Below are positions 16,812-20,000 of a DNA stretch of 20,000 nt, piece by piece. The stretch's first letter is position 1. Every line of letters begins with the position of its first letter. A program made the position numbers and the translations under genes. The notes under the pieces were generated by a model, which searched no databases, had not been told where the DNA came from, and saw nothing but the letters and a program-made list of their open reading frames with translations. Source of the stretch: an uncultured virus (IMG/VR IMGVR_UViG_3300047510_001006) (Duplodnaviria > Heunggongvirae > Uroviricota > Caudoviricetes); the IMG/VR virus record IMGVR_UViG_3300047510_001006, one strand, 5' to 3'.

Positions 16812-17154
16812 TTTTAGTTTGCTTTTCTTTTAATTTTCCAATTGATGATTTGATGATTTGATTCATAATTGTATTGTAGTCAACCCCAATGGTGTTGGCG
16901 TATGCAGCCAGTGTTGTTGAGTTTCTTCGGGTCATTGTAACATTGAGTAACTTGTTAGGCTTTCTTTTTGCGAATGCCTTTCTAGATAATCTAACTCTGT
17001 GCTTGATGCAGTAGTAGTAAATCAAATCAGAAACCAAAACATCCACATCCCTGAAATCAAATTTATGTGCAATTTGATGCAGTTGATCGTACAATCCATT
17101 AGGGATACTGATGGTTGTTTGGTGTTTTGATTTTTGTTTTCTTACTTTCTCCAT
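16768..17154 (-). CDS. Putative DNA-binding protein with two ribbon-helix-helix-like units
   Basis: TTISIPNGLYDQLHQIAHK...VDVLVSDLI and LLNVTMTRRNSTTLAAYANTIGVDYNTIMNQII each fit a strand-helix-helix pattern. Confidence 0.5.
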   Translation of the reverse strand: MEKVRKQKSKHQTTISIPNGLYDQLHQIAHKFDFRDVDVLVSDLIYYYCIKHRVRLSRKAFAKRKPNKLLNVTMTRRNSTTLAAYANTIGVDYNTIMNQIIKSSIGKLKEKQTKNEESSSDIHESVAR

Positions 17155-17267
17155 CTTGTCCAGTATATCCAGAATCCCAATAGCCCAATGATTGTAAAGT
17201 CTACAATACAGGGTGCGAAGTCAGACCAAAAGTTCTTTAGTCTAATCAATAGTAAACGTAACCTCAT
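17142..17267 (-). CDS. 41-aa membrane peptide
   Basis: MRLRLLLIRLKNFWSDFAPCIVDFTIIGLLGFWIYWTRWRK bridges the two flanking minus-strand genes. Confidence 0.45.
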   Translation of the reverse strand: MRLRLLLIRLKNFWSDFAPCIVDFTIIGLLGFWIYWTRWRK

Positions 17268-17652
17268 TGTCTTTTATATTTATTTTGTTTACGATCATGT
17301 TATCCTCACACTGAAAGTAGTAGGCAAGATTAGAACCCAATGAAATGTATGGTCCTCCACTTGGGTCTACGAATTCAATCACATCATCCTTAGACTTGAC
17401 ATGCTTGGAGTATCGATTAAAGAAATCATAGTCTACTTCCATCTTTCTGTCAAACTCATCACGAGTAAGTTCCTTGTCTTTCTCTGTCTCGTTGGTCATG
17501 TAAACGATGTAGGCTGTGTCGTAATCGTTAGCAAAACCATAACGCATACCCATGTCAAGCATGCCTGTCATCTTAACCGTGGTTCCTTCTTTCTCGAAAC
17601 GAATGATATCGTTGTAACGATTACGTCTCTCAATTATTATATGATTATCCAT
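17242..17652 (-). CDS. Hypothetical protein
   Basis: 136-aa ATG ORF containing FVDPSGGPYISLG; A-rich upstream region. Confidence 0.7.
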   Translation of the reverse strand: MDNHIIIERRNRYNDIIRFEKEGTTVKMTGMLDMGMRYGFANDYDTAYIVYMTNETEKDKELTRDEFDRKMEVDYDFFNRYSKHVKSKDDVIEFVDPSGGPYISLGSNLAYYFQCEDNMIVNKINIKDNEVTFTID

Positions 17653-17695
17653 AAACTTTTTTTAATAAATAAATTGTTTTTAATTTTAATTTTGA

Positions 17696-17890
17696 TTAGA
17701 TTCTTGTGATTTCTGCTACTAATAAATTAACTAGTTCTTCACGAGTCAAATGCTCTTGGTCATACTTAGATACAATGGCAATCAAGTTTTCTTTTCTGTA
17801 TGTTGCGATTGACTTAACCAATTCTGCAAATGCATTCTCTGTGTTCTCGCTGAGCTTTTCTTTTTCTACTAGTTTGTTGTTGTTGTTCAT
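17696..17890 (-). CDS. Hypothetical protein
   Basis: 64-aa ORF, ATGA-coupled. Confidence 0.6.
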   Translation of the reverse strand: MNNNNKLVEKEKLSENTENAFAELVKSIATYRKENLIAIVSKYDQEHLTREELVNLLVAEITRI

Positions 17891-18111
17891 GAGTTTTCTT
17901 TTAGGTATTCGATTATTTTATCTTCTAGTCCGTTTGTTTTATCAAGGATGTGTTTGAGTGTATCCAATGATGAACTCTTGATGTGAGGGTGTTTAAACTC
18001 CTCTCCGTTCCAATAAGCAACGGTGTCTTCACGGTGAAACATGTTCCACAGTTGGCTGTATGGGTTGTAGTGAAACAACCAATCATACGTACTTTTGATC
18101 ATGATATTCAT
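17887..18111 (-). CDS. Hypothetical protein
   Basis: 74-aa ORF (YDWLFHYNPY), ATGA-coupled on both sides. Confidence 0.7.
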   Translation of the reverse strand: MNIMIKSTYDWLFHYNPYSQLWNMFHREDTVAYWNGEEFKHPHIKSSSLDTLKHILDKTNGLEDKIIEYLKENS

Positions 18112-18608
18112 TTGATTGATTTTAGGGTTTGTACATAACTAGGGTCAGCAGCATACGAACCATCAATCTTTTTGAGATAACGATTTTGTATGTGAATGTA
18201 ACACTTGATACAATCCCTATAAGAATTGTATTTGGCGTACACTCCATGCTTGCCGGCTACAAATTTACAATTGTGGTAGGTAATTCCAAATAAATTTTTT
18301 GCCTGCTGTCCTACATTTGATTTGCCGTGATTACTTTCTATCTTAGATTGTGCACATGCCATTGCTGCAAGTACTGCTCCGCTGTTTGTTAACTCAGCTG
18401 TAATGCCAGAGTCAGTTAACTTTACGTCTTGCTCTGAGACCTCAGTAACAACTTTGGTCTTGGTGATGTACAAAATCTTTTCAGGCAGTTGAGTGTAGTA
18501 GATTAAAGCCGCACCCAATAGAAAGTTAATTAATACCGATGTCCAAAATGCTTTGGTCATGTCTCTGTGGCGAACCAACTGTAGGTCCTCGTTAATTTTT
18601 AATATCAT
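18108..18608 (-). CDS. Membrane-anchored GH73/glucosaminidase-like peptidoglycan hydrolase
   Basis: N-terminal TM AFWTSVLINFLLGAALIYY; AQSKIESNHG (catalytic Glu), NLFGI, YAADPSY motifs. Confidence 0.8.
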   Translation of the reverse strand: MILKINEDLQLVRHRDMTKAFWTSVLINFLLGAALIYYTQLPEKILYITKTKVVTEVSEQDVKLTDSGITAELTNSGAVLAAMACAQSKIESNHGKSNVGQQAKNLFGITYHNCKFVAGKHGVYAKYNSYRDCIKCYIHIQNRYLKKIDGSYAADPSYVQTLKSIK

Positions 18609-18626
18609 AATTTTTATTTTAAGTAA

Positions 18627-18758
18627 TTAAGAAAGCCTATACAATAGAATAAAGATAAGCAGTAACCATCCTGTAATTGTTATTACAATAGATGCCGCGA
18701 AAGGATACGTTTCTGCAACCTTTTCGACACGAGTCCATACTTCTTTAATCTTCTTCAT
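18627..18758 (-). CDS. 43-aa single-TM peptide
   Basis: MKKIKEVWTRVEKVAETYPFAASIVITITGWLLLIFILLYRLS. Confidence 0.55.
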   Translation of the reverse strand: MKKIKEVWTRVEKVAETYPFAASIVITITGWLLLIFILLYRLS

Positions 18759-18861
18759 ATAAATCTTTGTAAACATAGTAATATCTATATATTGTGTCAG
18801 TTACTGCTGTTGATGTCCACGTTATTGTGTTCTCAACAAAGACTATTGTCATTAATGGCAT
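18745..18861 (-). CDS. Putative 38-aa peptide
   Basis: MPLMTIVFVENTITWTSTAVTDTIYRYYYVYKDLYEED directly follows a promoter-like element. Confidence 0.35.
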   Translation of the reverse strand: MPLMTIVFVENTITWTSTAVTDTIYRYYYVYKDLYEED

Positions 18862-18864
18862 GCA

Positions 18865-18895
18865 CAAATATATTACTTCTTTCTGTTTCTTACAA
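18865..18895 (-). promoter_or_regulatory. Bacteroidota-type promoter
   Basis: Minus strand TTG (18895-18893), 20-nt spacer, TATATTTG (18872-18865). Confidence 0.55.
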
Positions 18896-19070
18896 CTGTT
18901 TTTTGTTCTTTGAGTTCATCAAGTGTGAAATCAAATCCCTGGCTTGGGGTCTCACTCTCCCATCTATCTAAGATAGTAAGGATGTGAGCATACTTATCGT
19001 CGGAGTACATCATATGATGCACAAGCAGTGCGACAAGTTGTTTGCGTTGGTTGATGTCTAATCTTTTCAT
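18873..19070 (-). CDS. Hypothetical protein
   Basis: 65-aa ORF, ATGA-coupled. Confidence 0.65.
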   Translation of the reverse strand: MKRLDINQRKQLVALLVHHMMYSDDKYAHILTILDRWESETPSQGFDFTLDELKEQKTVVRNRKK

Positions 19071-19273
19071 TTGTCTTTTAATTCATTTTGTATTTTCCAT
19101 TCAATCAATTCCAATGCCCGTTTGTAACCTTCCCTATAACCATCGGCATAACTCATTTCCTTTCCTGCGATTTCCATTTCTTTGGCTTGTTTCCAATCTT
19201 CAACGGTTAAATCTCTATTATATGCAATTTCCCATAACCACTCCACTGCCGTCTGTTGTTTATTGTTTGTCAT
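19067..19273 (-). CDS. KQQTAVEWL-leader small protein
   Basis: MTNNKQQTAVEWL...KQAKEME; 68 aa. Confidence 0.75.
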   Translation of the reverse strand: MTNNKQQTAVEWLWEIAYNRDLTVEDWKQAKEMEIAGKEMSYADGYREGYKRALELIEWKIQNELKDK

Positions 19274-19478
19274 TGTTTGTGTCTTTAACCCAGTAAAAAT
19301 CTAATAAGGTTCTCATAAAGAATCTTTTAATAAAGTTAGGCTTACTATGTGTAGCAAATGCAATAGTATTTACTTTAATCTTACTGGATAAGCAATACCA
19401 TCCTACTATCTTTTTTGGTTTTGGTTGAGCGATAATTGTTCCTATATCTTCTAACCACTCTTTGCTAGTTTGTTTCAT
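19260..19478 (-). CDS. Small hypothetical protein with degenerate leader (MKQTSKEWL)
   Basis: 72-aa ORF; its stop lies inside the next repeat copy. Confidence 0.7.
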   Translation of the reverse strand: MKQTSKEWLEDIGTIIAQPKPKKIVGWYCLSSKIKVNTIAFATHSKPNFIKRFFMRTLLDFYWVKDTNNDKQ

Positions 19479-19502
19479 TTTCTTTTAGTTGTTTATTGTT
19501 TG

Positions 19503-19730
19503 TCATTTTGTTTGCTCCCTTGCGAAAATTTTAAATGTGTTTCCTTTACCATCACTAAATAAAATATTTGAATGAGATGTATTATCAAGTTTGATAATCA
19601 ATTCTTTTTCTCCTCCAATTGGTTTAGATATTAGTATTGGATTATCATCGTTGAATTGAAATACCCATTCTACATTGTCATAAGTTGCGATTCCGATTGT
19701 CACTGCCGTTTGTTGTTTATTATTTTCCAT
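19503..19730 (-). CDS. KQQTAV-leader small protein
   Basis: MENNKQQTAVTIGIATY...; ATG 19730 preferred over TTG 19739. Confidence 0.7.
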   Translation of the reverse strand: MENNKQQTAVTIGIATYDNVEWVFQFNDDNPILISKPIGGEKELIIKLDNTSHSNILFSDGKGNTFKIFAREQTK

Positions 19731-20000
19731 AGTTTTCAATTTCTTGTTTTACTTCTTCCCAATAGTTTGATAAATCCTCATCCTTGTCAACGGAGTTGAT
19801 ACTCAATATCTCATCAACTGCAATTAAGGCGTATTGCTTAGTCATTTTATCTATTAATTCTTTGGCTTTGTCCACTGCCGTTTGTTGTGTTTTATTTGTC
19901 ATCATAAGTAGTGTTGTTTTCAAATGTATTTCAGTGTCCATTTGTTTTTGGCACAGTTCAATGATAGAATCAACTGCCGTTGGTTGTTTATTATTTCTCA
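19720..20000 (-). CDS. Double-leader small protein (partial at window edge; internal start at 19902)
   Basis: Open frame (M)RNNKQPTAVDSIIELCQKQMDTEIHLKTTLLM-MTNKTQQTAVDKAKELIDK...ALIAVDEIL...YWEEVKQEIE. Confidence 0.7.
   Translation of the reverse strand, partial: RNNKQPTAVDSIIELCQKQMDTEIHLKTTLLMMTNKTQQTAVDKAKELIDKMTKQYALIAVDEILSINSVDKDEDLSNYWEEVKQEIENYGK

Larger units (their letters stand above)
19244..20000 (-). repeat. Five direct copies of a ~30-nt gene-start repeat
   Basis: Copies begin at 20001 (first base outside window), 19902, 19730, 19506 (first 19 nt only) and 19273; consensus ATGAcAAAyAATAAACAACAaACGGCAGTg. Confidence 0.85.

Noticed and set aside
17866..17890. Additional leader copy (ATGAACAACAACAACAAACTA, MNNNNKL)
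   Set aside because: Only a low-complexity AAC run; lacks the ACGGCAGT core.
4847..19296. Plus-strand ORFs within the minus arm (e.g. 5894-6235, 11181-11543, 12690-13139, 17401-17709, 19042-19296) and nested out-of-frame minus ORFs 10915-11106 and 11240-11497
   Set aside because: They overlap genes with clear motifs or tight coupling, and show no recognisable features.
1..20000. Alternative genetic code (TAG or TGA recoding as in some crAss-like phages)
   Set aside because: All long genes are intact in the standard code, TAG ends terL at a sensible position, and TGA is used in many ATGA couplings.
19244..20000. CRISPR array or DGR template/variable repeats
   Set aside because: Copies are degenerate, coding, non-palindromic and irregularly spaced at about 100-230 nt. 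There is no cas or reverse transcriptase gene in the window.

Overview
A 20-kb piece of a dsDNA tailed phage (Caudoviricetes). The host is most likely a Bacteroidota/Flavobacteria-type bacterium, inferred from TTG-N19/20-TAnnTT(T/C)G promoters, A-rich start contexts without clear Shine-Dalgarno sites, and D-(S/T)-hydrophobic motifs in a lipoprotein. The + strand arm (1-4730) holds the end of a tail-type gene, a free-standing GIY-YIG homing endonuclease, holin/spanin-like membrane proteins and a run of very Lys/Arg-rich small proteins. The - strand arm (20000 to 4727) holds small early genes, a membrane-anchored GH73-like hydrolase, a tandem-RHH protein with a short serine recombinase, a T7 gp4/Twinkle-type primase-helicase, a family B DNA polymerase, a class II (B12) ribonucleotide reductase, a u-spanin-like lipoprotein, a metallophosphoesterase, a DUF3310 protein, a degenerate amidase and the terminase. 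Three things stand out: (i) an array of unrelated small genes that each begin with the same ~30-nt leader (M-x-NNKQQTAV), which also supplies the stop codon of the upstream gene; (ii) a ~225-bp intergenic region packed with different palindromes/hairpins; (iii) an apparently catalytically dead T7-lysozyme-like amidase. All family assignments come from motif recognition by eye, not from database searches.
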